From Prevotella sp. (lineage in GTDB: Bacteria; Bacteroidota; Bacteroidia; Bacteroidales; Bacteroidaceae), in NCBI GenBank assembly GCA_017474485.1, contig JAFVHO010000058.1, forward strand, positions 112 to 64,111: a DNA stretch of 64,000 bases. Reading direction: 5' to 3'. Made by a program: the position numbers and the translations under genes. Position 1 is the first letter of the stretch, and every line of letters begins with the position of its first letter. This document shows positions 38,177 through 48,694 of the stretch, in pieces. The notes under the pieces were generated by a model. It was not told the origin of the DNA and made no database searches. It was given only the letters and a program-made list of their open reading frames with translations.

Positions 38177-39175
38177 TTATCGCTGATAGTATTTCTTTCC
38201 ACCTTTAATGACAATACCCTTATAGTTGCCTGTCGTGCGCTGTCCGGCAAGATTATAGCATTTGTCAACTGTCATCTGTAAACTGTCAACTTGCTTAATG
38301 CCAGTTGCCTCGCCCACGCCAGGGAATGTGCTGACAATCTGGAACGGCATAGCGCCTGGATGGAAAGCGTTGGTCACCTTGATGTTCTTGCCTTCATAGG
38401 TCACCAATATGTTGTTGTCACCTTGACTCATCACGTAGTCGGCATCCATACCCACAACACCGTCCTTCTCAGACTTGAAATACATGGACAGACCATCGGC
38501 AGCATAGTCGCGGTAATATCCACCCTTTGACTCATCCATCTTCAGTCCCTTGACGGTATAGCTGCCAATGGTCAGATTGCCCAGAGGCGTACCACTCAAC
38601 TGATAGCTGGGTACCTGCACGTCCAGCAAGGTGTTGTCACCGTCAGGGTAAGTACGAACGCTATAGGTCACGTTGGCTGCTGTATAGTTGAACATACCTC
38701 CAATGCTGACATCCAACTTATCCGTATAATCCTTAATATAATATGCGGTGATGCTATACGTCAGCGGCATCGGCATGGCGCCATACATGAATTTCACAGT
38801 CAACTTAAACGTATTGAAGGCATCGTGGGTGTAACTGCCCGTAAGCGATGCACCAGTGATGGTTTTCTCTACACCATCAACGGTAATCACCTCCATGAAT
38901 TGCTGTTCAGGGAAGGTAACAGTCATCGTCGACATATCCATCGAGAACTCTGCACCATGAATGGTGAACGATGGGATGACAAAGTTGTTATACCTCATCT
39001 CAGGCAACGTAATATTCGAACCTGAATACATCACTGTGTCCGTTTCAAGTGGTATTGTCACACCTGCTGCTTCAATTGTTGATTTTCCTGAAAACTTCAT
39101 CGGAGCGTGTCCTCCTTGTGCCGTAGCAGCCAACACGGCTGTGGTTAAGAATAATAATGCTATAATCTTTTTCAT
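38177..39175 (-). CDS. Secreted tandem calycin-like domain protein with T9SS-type tail
   Basis: Signal peptide; two related domains each ending in GAMP; tail YNLAGQR...KGIVIKGGKK. Confidence 0.6.
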   Translation of the reverse strand: MKKIIALLFLTTAVLAATAQGGHAPMKFSGKSTIEAAGVTIPLETDTVMYSGSNITLPEMRYNNFVIPSFTIHGAEFSMDMSTMTVTFPEQQFMEVITVDGVEKTITGASLTGSYTHDAFNTFKLTVKFMYGAMPMPLTYSITAYYIKDYTDKLDVSIGGMFNYTAANVTYSVRTYPDGDNTLLDVQVPSYQLSGTPLGNLTIGSYTVKGLKMDESKGGYYRDYAADGLSMYFKSEKDGVVGMDADYVMSQGDNNILVTYEGKNIKVTNAFHPGAMPFQIVSTFPGVGEATGIKQVDSLQMTVDKCYNLAGQRTTGNYKGIVIKGGKKYYQR

Positions 39176-39354
39176 TTTTCTGTTTGATTTAAAAATCGGG
39201 TGCAAAGGTACGCATTTTCCTTAACACCCGCAATCCACATTTATTATGATTTTTAATCCGTTGCAATTAGAAAAGGCTGCATTCACAGCAGCCTTCACTA
39301 TTCACTAGGGCACTTTCGACACGTTCGTTCATCATAGCCCCAAAATACTGATTT

Positions 39355-40167
39355 CTATAAACCTCTTGCCTTCCAGATACGTTCTTTGGCTTCATTGATC
39401 TTCTGGAATTTCTTCTCAGCAGCTTTGCGGACATCGTCACCCAAAGCGGCCACCTTATCAGGATGGTGGTTAAGAGCTAAACGACGATAGGCCTTCTTTA
39501 CCTCGGCATCGCTGGCATCGGGTGACACACCCAGCACCTGATAGGCCGACTCCAAATCGTCCTTACCCATGCCCAACATCGAGTCGACCTCGTCAGCCGA
39601 CATCCGCATCCACTGGGCACACTCTTTCATGGCTACGACCTCAGTAGGATCGACCTTTCCGTCAGCCTGCGAGATGAGTACCAGGAAATTGAGCAACTGC
39701 AAACGCTGGGCATAATCCATGTTACGGGCTATCTGCTGGCAGCACTGACTCACCGTATTGCGGAACTGAGAGACGCCTACCCGTTTCTGTTCGTCGAACA
39801 GCTTACGCAGGATGTCGTCACCCTGCTGACGGGCAGCCTCACCAAAGTTCTGGCGCAGCATGTTACGTACCAGCTCCATTTCGGAGTGCATCACCTTGCC
39901 ATCGGCCTTGATGATGTAGGAGGCCAGCACCAGCAGTGAGAACAGGAAGCTGTTGCGTTGTCCCTGGTATATCTGTTCCTGGGTATAGCCACCAGATGTT
40001 CTTGACTGGTAACCGCTTTTTCCGTCGAAAGTTCCTTGGGTATCAGGGGTGTTGACAGCATTCAGCATCTTCTCGAACCATCCACCCAGCACAATACCAG
40101 CCAGCGCACCTAACGGTCCGCCGCTCATGAAGCCTAAGAAACCTCCTATGAAATATCCTAATGCCAT
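39355..40167 (-). CDS. djlA: DjlA-like co-chaperone (TM-TerB-DnaJ)
   Basis: KADGKV TerB motif; J-domain AYRRLA..HHPDK. Confidence 0.85.
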   Translation of the reverse strand: MALGYFIGGFLGFMSGGPLGALAGIVLGGWFEKMLNAVNTPDTQGTFDGKSGYQSRTSGGYTQEQIYQGQRNSFLFSLLVLASYIIKADGKVMHSEMELVRNMLRQNFGEAARQQGDDILRKLFDEQKRVGVSQFRNTVSQCCQQIARNMDYAQRLQLLNFLVLISQADGKVDPTEVVAMKECAQWMRMSADEVDSMLGMGKDDLESAYQVLGVSPDASDAEVKKAYRRLALNHHPDKVAALGDDVRKAAEKKFQKINEAKERIWKARGL

Positions 40168-40169
40168 GG

Positions 40170-41477
40170 TTATGGATTGTTCTGTTCGAACAGTTGCATG
40201 CGCTCCTCGAGTTGGGCATACTGATGGTCCTCGATAAACGAGGTGCAGACGCGCAGACCTTCCTGATGTGAACCAGTGGTAATGAGGCAGATAGCAGACA
40301 CGCCATAGTACATCAGTTCGCGAGCCAACTGACCACTGGTCATCTGCTTGTAGCCAATGGTAAAATAGAAACCATCGGCAACAGGCTCGTCGAGATCCTT
40401 GTCATAAACGATATGGAAACCGTGACGACAGAAAATCTCCTTCAACTTATGGGCACGCTCGCCATAGACGCTGACCTCCTTGCGGAAATCGTACTCGCCA
40501 TCGACAGCAGCACGCAACATGGCAGCCATGGCATACTGGGCACTGTGACTGGTACCACTACTGAGGGCATAGAGCATGCGAGTAGAGAATACCAAACCGA
40601 AGGGCAGTCCCTCGTAACGCTGTGCCAAATCGTCGAAATGGCGATGGAACAGCTTGTCAGAGATACAAGTGACACCAATACGTTCGCCAGCATAGCTGAA
40701 GGCCTTGGAACCAGAAATCAGCAGGATGTAATTATCGGTATAACGACCTACCGAGGGCTGATAAGGTGCCTCGAAAGGTACACTCAGGTCCTTGCGGAAG
40801 TCCATGGCAAAGTAGGCCAAATCCTCCATGACAATGGTGTCATACTTGGTGGCCAAATGTCCGATAGACTCCAATTCCTGTTCGTTCAGACAAACCCATG
40901 AGGGGTTATTGGGATTGGAATAGACAATGGCGCAGATGTTGCCCTTGGAGAGATAGCTCTCCAACTTGGGAGCCAGCTTCGGACCACGATAATCGTAGAC
41001 ATCGAAGGTCTCGTACTTGACGCCCATGACCTGCAACTGCATCTTCTGAACGGGGAAACCTGGGTCGATGAACAGCACGGTATCCTTCTGCTTTGATGCC
41101 TGTGAACAGGTTAGGAACGAGGCAAACGTGCCCTGCATGGAACCACTGACGGGTACACAACCCTCAGGGGCCACATCCAAACCGATGAAAGCCTTCACAA
41201 AGCGTGAAGCCTGCTTCTTCAACTCAGGATAGCCCTGAATATCGGGATAGGAATGGGCTATACCGTCCTGCAGTGCCTTGACCTGCGCGTCGACACCCAC
41301 CTGAGCAGCAGGCAGACCAGGAATACCCATCTCCATCTTGATGAACTCTACCCCACTCTGTTGCTCGGCCTTAGCAGCCACTTGTTTCACCTCACGGATG
41401 GTAGCCTTGGCAAAGTCCTTGATGCCTAGTTCGGCCACCAGTCCGTCAACGATTTCTTTCTTAATAGGAGTAATCAT
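40170..41477 (-). CDS. PLP-dependent aminotransferase class I/II
   Basis: [25 protein letters not shown]. Confidence 0.88.
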   Translation of the reverse strand: MITPIKKEIVDGLVAELGIKDFAKATIREVKQVAAKAEQQSGVEFIKMEMGIPGLPAAQVGVDAQVKALQDGIAHSYPDIQGYPELKKQASRFVKAFIGLDVAPEGCVPVSGSMQGTFASFLTCSQASKQKDTVLFIDPGFPVQKMQLQVMGVKYETFDVYDYRGPKLAPKLESYLSKGNICAIVYSNPNNPSWVCLNEQELESIGHLATKYDTIVMEDLAYFAMDFRKDLSVPFEAPYQPSVGRYTDNYILLISGSKAFSYAGERIGVTCISDKLFHRHFDDLAQRYEGLPFGLVFSTRMLYALSSGTSHSAQYAMAAMLRAAVDGEYDFRKEVSVYGERAHKLKEIFCRHGFHIVYDKDLDEPVADGFYFTIGYKQMTSGQLARELMYYGVSAICLITTGSHQEGLRVCTSFIEDHQYAQLEERMQLFEQNNP

Positions 41478-41500
41478 AATTTTTAATTACTAATTCCTAA

Positions 41501-42073
41501 TTATTTCTGAGCCTCACGGCCGATGGCCAAAGCTTTGATGTTGGCCTCGACGATAGCTTCGCCCTTGCGTCCAAAGACACTGCGGATAGCGTCTTCCAGT
41601 TTCTCGTACTCAATACCGAGGGCCTTCTGGGCAGCACCCAACAGGATGACATTAGCACTGCGGGGTACACCAGCATCCTTGGCCTTCTGCTCGATGTCGA
41701 GCATGATGACATGGGGCAACTGCTCCAAATCAGCCTTGATGGTCTCCATCTCCGGATAGTTGGGGATATTGACAAAAGGTGCACTCGACGTGATAATCCA
41801 ACCCTCCTTCGAGAGGAATGGCAGATAACGCAGGGCCTCCATGGGTTCCATAGAGATAATCACATCGGCACAGCCCGTAGGAATCAGGTCGCTAGCAATA
41901 GGTTCGCTGGAGATGCGCAGATTAGACTGTACGTCACCACCACGCTGCGACATGCCATGAACCTCGGCCTGCTTGATGTAGAGGTCTTCTTTCATGGCTG
42001 CCTCACCAATAATCGTGGCTATGGAGAGGATTCCCTGACCTCCTACTCCACAAAGAATTATATCAGTTTTCAT
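41501..42073 (-). CDS. iorB: Indolepyruvate:ferredoxin oxidoreductase beta subunit
   Basis: GVGGQG, EVHGMSQRGG.V. Confidence 0.9.
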   Translation of the reverse strand: MKTDIILCGVGGQGILSIATIIGEAAMKEDLYIKQAEVHGMSQRGGDVQSNLRISSEPIASDLIPTGCADVIISMEPMEALRYLPFLSKEGWIITSSAPFVNIPNYPEMETIKADLEQLPHVIMLDIEQKAKDAGVPRSANVILLGAAQKALGIEYEKLEDAIRSVFGRKGEAIVEANIKALAIGREAQK

Positions 42074-42100
42074 GATTTATCTTTTTACTTTTTTACCTTT

Positions 42101-43708
42101 TTACTTTTTCTCTGCAGCCTTCTTCTGCTTCAGGTGACGCTGAAGGGTTTGCATACACTCACGACGGGGGATAATCACGCTGACACCATGATAGTTGATT
42201 TCCTGCTCGATGGTCTGCTTGATTTCAGCCATATTCTTGGGCAGGGGTACCACCACCTTCAGATGTTCGTCGCTGACACCCAAGCCACGACAGATAGCCT
42301 CGAACTTGTTGGTACCAGCAGAGTCCTGACCACCTGTCATTGCAGTGGTCAAGTTGTCGGAGATAATCACAGTGATGTCGGCATTCTCGTTGACAGCATC
42401 CAAGAGGCCCGTCATACCAGAGTGGGTAAACGTAGAGTCGCCAATGATGGCAACAGCAGGCCACTGACCAGCATCGCTGGCACCCTTAGCCATGGTGATG
42501 CTGGCACCCATGTCGACACAAGAATGGATGGCCTTATAGGGAGGCAGGAAGCCTAACGTATAGCAACCAATATCGCCAAACACACGAGCGTTGGGATAAT
42601 TGAGCAACACCTCGTTCAGGGCCTGATAGACATCGCGGTGACCACAACCTTGACACAATGCGGGTGGACGTGGAGCAACATCCTCACAAGTAGCATAGTT
42701 CTCGCCAATCTCCATTCCCAAAGCCTTCTTAATGAGGTCGGGATTGAGCTCACCAGTACGAGGCAGTTCACCTGTAAGACGTCCCTTGATGACTGCATTG
42801 CCAGGCATGACACCACGTACCTGATCCTCGATGAAGGGCTGACCCTCCTCGGCAATCAGTACGTATTCGCAATCGTCCGTCATACGACGAATCAACTTCT
42901 TGGGAATAGGATACTGCGAAATCTTCAGCACGGGGAAAGGACATCCGCCAGGGAAGCACTCCATCAGGTAGTTGTAAGCAATACCACTGGCGATGACACC
43001 CAGCTTCTGGTCTTTGCCATCTACATACTGATTATATTTGCTATCGACAGCCATCTGCTCCAACAGGGGCTGTTGAGCCGTCACAATATCATTGCGCTTG
43101 CGAGCAAAGGCAGGCAGCAGGACCCAGTTGCTGGCCTTGGCATTGTAGTTCAGTTCGTTCTGCTGACGGGGCTCATCAGCACACTGAACAACAGCACGAG
43201 AGTGAGCCATACGGGTGGTGACACGCATCAAGACAGGCAACTGCAACTTCTCAGACATCTCGTAAGCCTCAGCCATCATGTCGTAAGCCTCCTGCTGGTT
43301 AGAGGGCTCCAGCGTAGGAATCATGGCAAACTTACCATAGAAGCGAGAGTCCTGCTCGTCCTGACTGGAATGCATAGAGGGGTCGTCAGCCACCAGCACA
43401 ATGATACCACCATTGGTACCCGTCATAGCAGAATTGACAAAGGGGTCGGCACAGACATTCAGGCCCACATGCTTCATGCACACCAAGGCACGCTTACCCA
43501 TGTATGACATACCCAAAGCGGCCTCCATAGCCGTCTTCTCGTTGGTACTCCAGCGACTATGTACGCCACGCTCCTTGGCTAAGGGCGACTGCTGAATATA
43601 CTCCGTAATCTCTGTAGAGGGCGTGCCTGGATAGGCATACACACCACTCAGACCTGCATCGAGTGCACCCTGAGCAATGGCCTCATCACCTAAAAGAAGT
43701 TTCTTCAT
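42101..43708 (-). CDS. iorA: Indolepyruvate:ferredoxin oxidoreductase alpha subunit
   Basis: YPGTPSTEI, MKHVGLNV, LCQGCGHR, TPP motif IGDSTF.HSG. Confidence 0.92.
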   Translation of the reverse strand: MKKLLLGDEAIAQGALDAGLSGVYAYPGTPSTEITEYIQQSPLAKERGVHSRWSTNEKTAMEAALGMSYMGKRALVCMKHVGLNVCADPFVNSAMTGTNGGIIVLVADDPSMHSSQDEQDSRFYGKFAMIPTLEPSNQQEAYDMMAEAYEMSEKLQLPVLMRVTTRMAHSRAVVQCADEPRQQNELNYNAKASNWVLLPAFARKRNDIVTAQQPLLEQMAVDSKYNQYVDGKDQKLGVIASGIAYNYLMECFPGGCPFPVLKISQYPIPKKLIRRMTDDCEYVLIAEEGQPFIEDQVRGVMPGNAVIKGRLTGELPRTGELNPDLIKKALGMEIGENYATCEDVAPRPPALCQGCGHRDVYQALNEVLLNYPNARVFGDIGCYTLGFLPPYKAIHSCVDMGASITMAKGASDAGQWPAVAIIGDSTFTHSGMTGLLDAVNENADITVIISDNLTTAMTGGQDSAGTNKFEAICRGLGVSDEHLKVVVPLPKNMAEIKQTIEQEINYHGVSVIIPRRECMQTLQRHLKQKKAAEKK

Positions 43709-43774
43709 AATTGTATATCTTGTAAATTATTAATTCTCAATACCTCAATTTCTCATTCTCTCATTTTCTCAATA

Positions 43775-45700
43775 TCAAAGTTCTTCGCACTCATGCAGCC
43801 ACAAGGCACTGGAGGCATCACTGGGCATGCGCCAGTCACCACGGGGCGACAGTGAGATGCTACCCACCTTAGGTCCATCAGGCAGACAAGAACGTTTGAA
43901 CTGTTGGGCAAAGAAGCGTCGACAGAAAGTCGTCAGCCACTTCTTGATCGTTTCCCTGTCGTAATTGTCGGCAAAAGCCTTTTCAGCCATCAGCATGATC
44001 TTGGCGGGACTGAAGCCAAAGCGTAGCATATAGTAGAGGAAGAAGTCATGCAGTTCGTATGGACCTACAAGATCTTCCGTCTTCTGCTGGATATTACCCT
44101 TGGCATCAGCAGGAGTCAACTCTGGGGAGATGGGGGTGTTGACAATATCTATCAGCACATCGCGCTCAGCTGAAGATTTGGGCAGGGATGCAATATAACG
44201 GATGAGATACTGGATGAGGGTCTTGGGAATGCCTGCATTCAGACCGTACATCGACATGTGATCGCCATTATAAGTAGCCCATCCTAAAGCCAACTCAGAC
44301 AGGTCACCAGTACCAACGACAAGGGCTGAGAGCTTGTTGCTCAAGTCCATCAGGATCTGCGTACGTTCACGAGCCTGCGAATTCTCGTAGGTCACATCAT
44401 GGTTGTTGATATCATGACCAATATCTTGGAAATGCTGCTTGACAGCCTTGGCAATACTGATTTCCATCTGCGAAATACCCAACGACTGCATGAGTGAGGT
44501 CGCATTGTCGTGGGTACGATCAGAGGTACCAAATCCAGGCATGGTAACACCTACAATCCCCTTACGGTCGTAGCCTAATTTATCAAAAGTACGCACGCAC
44601 ACGAGAAGAGCCAGTGTAGAGTCGAGTCCACCACTGATACCCAACACCACATGCTGACAATTGGTATGTACCAAACGTTTGGCCAATCCTGCTGTCTGGA
44701 TGTTCAGTATTTCTTCGCAGGTATCAGCCATATCATTGTCATGAGGAATGAAAGGATGCGGATCAATGGTACGTTCCAACTGAAAGGGATGCTCCTCTAA
44801 AGGCAGTTTGGCTTCCACCTTTCGGGCATGTCCATCACGCTGAGCCGTCTTGAAGGTAGAGTTGGCACGACGCTCCGTGCGCAGGCGTTCTACGTCAATC
44901 TGGGCTGTCTGCAACTGGGGCTGGAACGAGAAACGGTCGCCTTCGACCAGCATGATGCCATTCTCGAAAATCATGGCATTGCCACCATAGACGACATCCT
45001 GCGTAGATTCACCAAAACCACATGAGCTATACACATAGCCACAAATGGTACGGGCACTCTGCTGAGCAACCAGCGAGCGCAGGTATTTATGCTTGCCAAT
45101 CAGTTCGTCGGAAGCAGACAGGTTCAGAACGATATCTGCACCAGCCATCGTCAGATTGTTGCTGGGAGGAATAGGTGCCCAGACATCCTCGCAAATCTCG
45201 ATACCAAGCCCCACGCCGTCACTCGTACGAATGACAACAGGTTCAGCAGATATTTCGACAGGCGAACCAGCCAGATAGATGGTGGTAGGATTCAGGTCAC
45301 GTGCAGAGGCAAACCAACGTTTCTCATAGAATTCGCCATAGTTGGGCAGATAGGTCTTTGGAACCACAGCCAATATACTGCCTTGTTGGAGCACAACTGC
45401 ACAGTTGAGCAACAATGAACCTGCCTCGATAGGCATACCCACCACTGCTATAATATCGAGCTTGCGTGTGAAATCAATCAGTCGGAGCAGGCCTTCCTCA
45501 GCCTTGTCGAGCAACAGACGCTCGCGATACAAGTCCTGACAGGAGTAACCCGTGATTGACAATTCAGGGAATACTACGACCTCAACATGTTCTGCGTCAG
45601 CCATTGCAATCAGGCGCTCGATCTCCTGCACATTGTACATGACATCGGCCACCTTGACAGCTGGCACCGCAGCAGCAACTTTGACGAATCCGTGTTTCAT
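43775..45700 (-). CDS. nadE: Glutamine-dependent NAD+ synthetase
   Basis: Nitrilase domain (FPEL, EICED) plus SGGLDST and ENSQARER. Confidence 0.94.
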   Translation of the reverse strand: MKHGFVKVAAAVPAVKVADVMYNVQEIERLIAMADAEHVEVVVFPELSITGYSCQDLYRERLLLDKAEEGLLRLIDFTRKLDIIAVVGMPIEAGSLLLNCAVVLQQGSILAVVPKTYLPNYGEFYEKRWFASARDLNPTTIYLAGSPVEISAEPVVIRTSDGVGLGIEICEDVWAPIPPSNNLTMAGADIVLNLSASDELIGKHKYLRSLVAQQSARTICGYVYSSCGFGESTQDVVYGGNAMIFENGIMLVEGDRFSFQPQLQTAQIDVERLRTERRANSTFKTAQRDGHARKVEAKLPLEEHPFQLERTIDPHPFIPHDNDMADTCEEILNIQTAGLAKRLVHTNCQHVVLGISGGLDSTLALLVCVRTFDKLGYDRKGIVGVTMPGFGTSDRTHDNATSLMQSLGISQMEISIAKAVKQHFQDIGHDINNHDVTYENSQARERTQILMDLSNKLSALVVGTGDLSELALGWATYNGDHMSMYGLNAGIPKTLIQYLIRYIASLPKSSAERDVLIDIVNTPISPELTPADAKGNIQQKTEDLVGPYELHDFFLYYMLRFGFSPAKIMLMAEKAFADNYDRETIKKWLTTFCRRFFAQQFKRSCLPDGPKVGSISLSPRGDWRMPSDASSALWLHECEEL

Positions 45701-45737
45701 ATCTATAACATTTTACTTTTTTACCCTTTTACCTTGT

Positions 45738-46973
45738 TTACGGTATTAACAGCGACGAGTCCCCATAACTCAAGAAGCGGAAATCATGCGACAAGGCATA
45801 ATCATATATCTTATGCCAATCGCCTTTCACGAAAGCACTCACCAGCAGCAGCAATGTAGATTGCGGCTGGTGGAAGTTGGTTATCAGCATCTTCACAATG
45901 TGGTAATCGTAACCTGGTGCAATGATAATCTGCGTTGAAGAGTGGAGCACTGTCAGTTCGTGACGTATCATCCAGTCGAGTAAGGCCTGCAATGCCTCAA
46001 CACTTCTGACATCATCCATCTTACATCCATACGGTAACCATTGCGTGATATGCAAATCTTCTTCCTTGACATCAGGGTTGTCCATGACCTTAAGGCCCAT
46101 ATAATACAGGCTCTCCAAGGTACGAACACTGGTGGTTCCAACAGCAATAGCACAACCCTCATGGGCTATAAGACGTTCGATGGTATGACGGCGCACGGCA
46201 ATATACTCCGTATGCATCTCGTGCTCGCCAATCGTTGAACTCTTGACAGGACGGAATGTGCCGGCACCGACATGCAGCGTCAGTTCCTCACGCTCGATAC
46301 CCTGGGCATCCAGTTCGTTTAAGACAGCATCCGTAAAATGGAGTCCAGCTGTAGGTGCAGCCACACTTCCCTTGATTTTCGAATATACCGTCTGATAAGT
46401 CGTAAGGTCGCTCTCCTGCGTCTCGCGATTCAGATATGGAGGGATAGGCAATTCGCCCATCGCATCCAGTATCTCAGCAAAACTGATGGAAGCATTGTCC
46501 CACTCGAAATCAATCCATTGGCTTGTGCCATGTTCACCTCTGCGCGTAGCCTTAATTTCTAATTTCTCATTTCTAATTTCTAATTTTCGAATTAAGGCAC
46601 CATCCTTCCATTTCTTCAGATTACCCACCAGACAGAGCCAGGCACACCGTTCGGTGGTCTGGAACATCTGTTCATAGTCGGTAGGCTGTGCGGGCTCTAA
46701 CAGGAAGATTTCTATCAGAGCGCCTGTATTCTCTCCTTTCTCGTTGGTCTTACGGAAATGCAGACGAGCCTGAATGACACGCGTATTGTTCATCACCATC
46801 AAAGCACCCTTCGGCAGGTATTTGGGCAGGTTGTAGAACATATCCTCGCCTACCTCACCATGACGATATAAGAGTAGCTTTGAATGATCGCGCTGTTCTT
46901 TGGGAAACTTGGCGATGCGTTCGTCAGGCAACTCGTAGTTGTAATCGCTTATCTGTATCTCCTGTGTATTCAT
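45738..46973 (-). CDS. queA: SAM:tRNA ribosyltransferase-isomerase
   Basis: PIPPY, GSVAAPTAGLHF, LHVGAGTF, TNFHQP, SYGD. Confidence 0.94.
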   Translation of the reverse strand: MNTQEIQISDYNYELPDERIAKFPKEQRDHSKLLLYRHGEVGEDMFYNLPKYLPKGALMVMNNTRVIQARLHFRKTNEKGENTGALIEIFLLEPAQPTDYEQMFQTTERCAWLCLVGNLKKWKDGALIRKLEIRNEKLEIKATRRGEHGTSQWIDFEWDNASISFAEILDAMGELPIPPYLNRETQESDLTTYQTVYSKIKGSVAAPTAGLHFTDAVLNELDAQGIEREELTLHVGAGTFRPVKSSTIGEHEMHTEYIAVRRHTIERLIAHEGCAIAVGTTSVRTLESLYYMGLKVMDNPDVKEEDLHITQWLPYGCKMDDVRSVEALQALLDWMIRHELTVLHSSTQIIIAPGYDYHIVKMLITNFHQPQSTLLLLVSAFVKGDWHKIYDYALSHDFRFLSYGDSSLLIP

Positions 46974-47341
46974 CTGATTCTATCAGCTGCCCTCACCAAC
47001 CGTTCGTCGTCCATAATGCCCTTACGTGCCAGCATACAAAGAATTGCACTGACAGCAGGCAAAGCACCCCAAACGTTGATGATGTCGAATTGCAAACCTG
47101 ACGGCATCATATATTTGTTGACCAGTATGACAACTGGATACCACAGCAGAAATATGATGGCTGCAATGACACTGAAACGGGCTTGCAACGGACGACGCTT
47201 ATATTTGAATATCGTGAAAATACTAAGTGACGCGGCCAACAATGACTGCACAAAGAGTGGCCATATCGGATAGTTCACGATGACAAACACCCCCAGGATA
47301 GCGGCCAGCAGTAGAAAAACGGACTGCTTGCGTTGTATCAT
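46970..47341 (-). CDS. DUF4293-family membrane protein
   Basis: MIQRKQS...DERLVRAADRIR; conserved position after rpoZ. Confidence 0.82.
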   Translation of the reverse strand: MIQRKQSVFLLLAAILGVFVIVNYPIWPLFVQSLLAASLSIFTIFKYKRRPLQARFSVIAAIIFLLWYPVVILVNKYMMPSGLQFDIINVWGALPAVSAILCMLARKGIMDDERLVRAADRIR

Positions 47342-47691
47342 AAACGTTCCTCAATAGCTGTTACGGCCTGAGCGTCACGAGACGGATCACGCCAGTAAAT
47401 CTTATTCTCCACAAACTCCTGAGTAGCCAGCAGTGAGGGCTTTGGCAGCTTCTCATAGTAGCGTGAAATCTCAATCTGCTCACGATTCTCGAACACTTCC
47501 TCCAGCGAGTCGTTGTAAGAGGCGAACTCTGCCAACTTCTTGCTCAGGTCGTCCTTGATCTGCAAACTAATCTGATTAGCACGCTTTGAAATGATTGCTA
47601 CGCTCTCGTAGATGTTACCGGTGTCCTCACAGAGGTCCATAATGTTGCGTGTAACGGTATTAACCGGTGCTTTTGACTTTTTGTAATCCAT
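47338..47691 (-). CDS. rpoZ: RNA polymerase omega subunit (Bacteroidetes type)
   Basis: GNIYESVAIISKRANQI, EVFENREQIEISRYYEKLPKP. Confidence 0.9.
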   Translation of the reverse strand: MDYKKSKAPVNTVTRNIMDLCEDTGNIYESVAIISKRANQISLQIKDDLSKKLAEFASYNDSLEEVFENREQIEISRYYEKLPKPSLLATQEFVENKIYWRDPSRDAQAVTAIEERL

Positions 47692-47729
47692 ACTATAATT
47701 TACAATTTGACTATTTACGATTTATTTGT

Positions 47730-48569
47730 TTAATTACTACTTGAACTGGTGTATTTCTTGCATTTAGCAATATACTTTTCAGCGGTCTTAACATCCTTCG
47801 ACTCGGGGAATTCATTCATGAAGCCATAGCATTCGTCCTCGGCATCACGATAACGCTCCACCTTCTTCTCTTCCGAACTGTTTTCTGCCAGATAATACTT
47901 ACTCTTCATGATAAGCACGGAGAAATCTTCGCGCATCGTGGTATAAGGATACTGCTTCAGGGCATTCTGCGCCGTAATGATGCAGGCCTCATAGTTCGAC
48001 TCGGTATTGGCATTGATATTGCCGAAGTAACCGCCTAAGTTGTAATACAGCTTGGCAGAGAGATATTCCTTGCGAACCAGATTGTCCTGCAAAATAAACA
48101 GACGCTGCTGGGCTTCCTCGCGCATCTCTGAGTCAGGATAATAATCGAGGAAGTTCTGATAGGCGTTGATGGCACCAATAGTAGGGGTTTGGTCGAGACG
48201 GGGTTCAGGAACACTCTGATAAAGTGCCTGTCCGATATGATAGCAAGCCTGCTCGGCATAGTCGCCCTTGGGATAGCTCTGGAAATATTTCTTAAAAGTA
48301 GCACTGGCAGCCTCGTAATCCCTGTTCTTATACTCCGACATGGCCAAAAGATACAAACTCTCCTGCGCATTCTGACGTCCTTTCTGCAGCATGACCTGTT
48401 CTGACAAGAGTACAGCTGCCTGCTGGAACTTGCCCATTGCAAAGCACTCCTTGGCATATTCGTACTTATAGGCATTATCCTGCATCTTGTAAACCCTGTT
48501 GAATTCTGAGGCACAACTCGTCAGCAGAGCAGCACAACAGAGGGCTATAATAGCGTGTATTTTCATCAT
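47730..48569 (-). CDS. bamD: Outer membrane protein assembly factor BamD
   Basis: Lipobox LTSC; TPRs; LDQTPT..AI...Q.F; bamD-rpoZ synteny. Confidence 0.9.
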   Translation of the reverse strand: MMKIHAIIALCCAALLTSCASEFNRVYKMQDNAYKYEYAKECFAMGKFQQAAVLLSEQVMLQKGRQNAQESLYLLAMSEYKNRDYEAASATFKKYFQSYPKGDYAEQACYHIGQALYQSVPEPRLDQTPTIGAINAYQNFLDYYPDSEMREEAQQRLFILQDNLVRKEYLSAKLYYNLGGYFGNINANTESNYEACIITAQNALKQYPYTTMREDFSVLIMKSKYYLAENSSEEKKVERYRDAEDECYGFMNEFPESKDVKTAEKYIAKCKKYTSSSSN

Positions 48570-48694
48570 CTTTTTATTTTTGACGTGCAAAATTACTAAT
48601 TTTATATGGAAAAGCAAAGGAAAAAGAACCTTTTTTAGCAATTTCTGCCCTAAGATAACGTTTTTTACGATGAAAATACATACCTTTGCACATT

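Noticed and set aside
39239-39270. Fur-like box upstream of the calycin/TonB receptor operon
   Set aside because: AT-rich with weak symmetry and not distinguishable from background.
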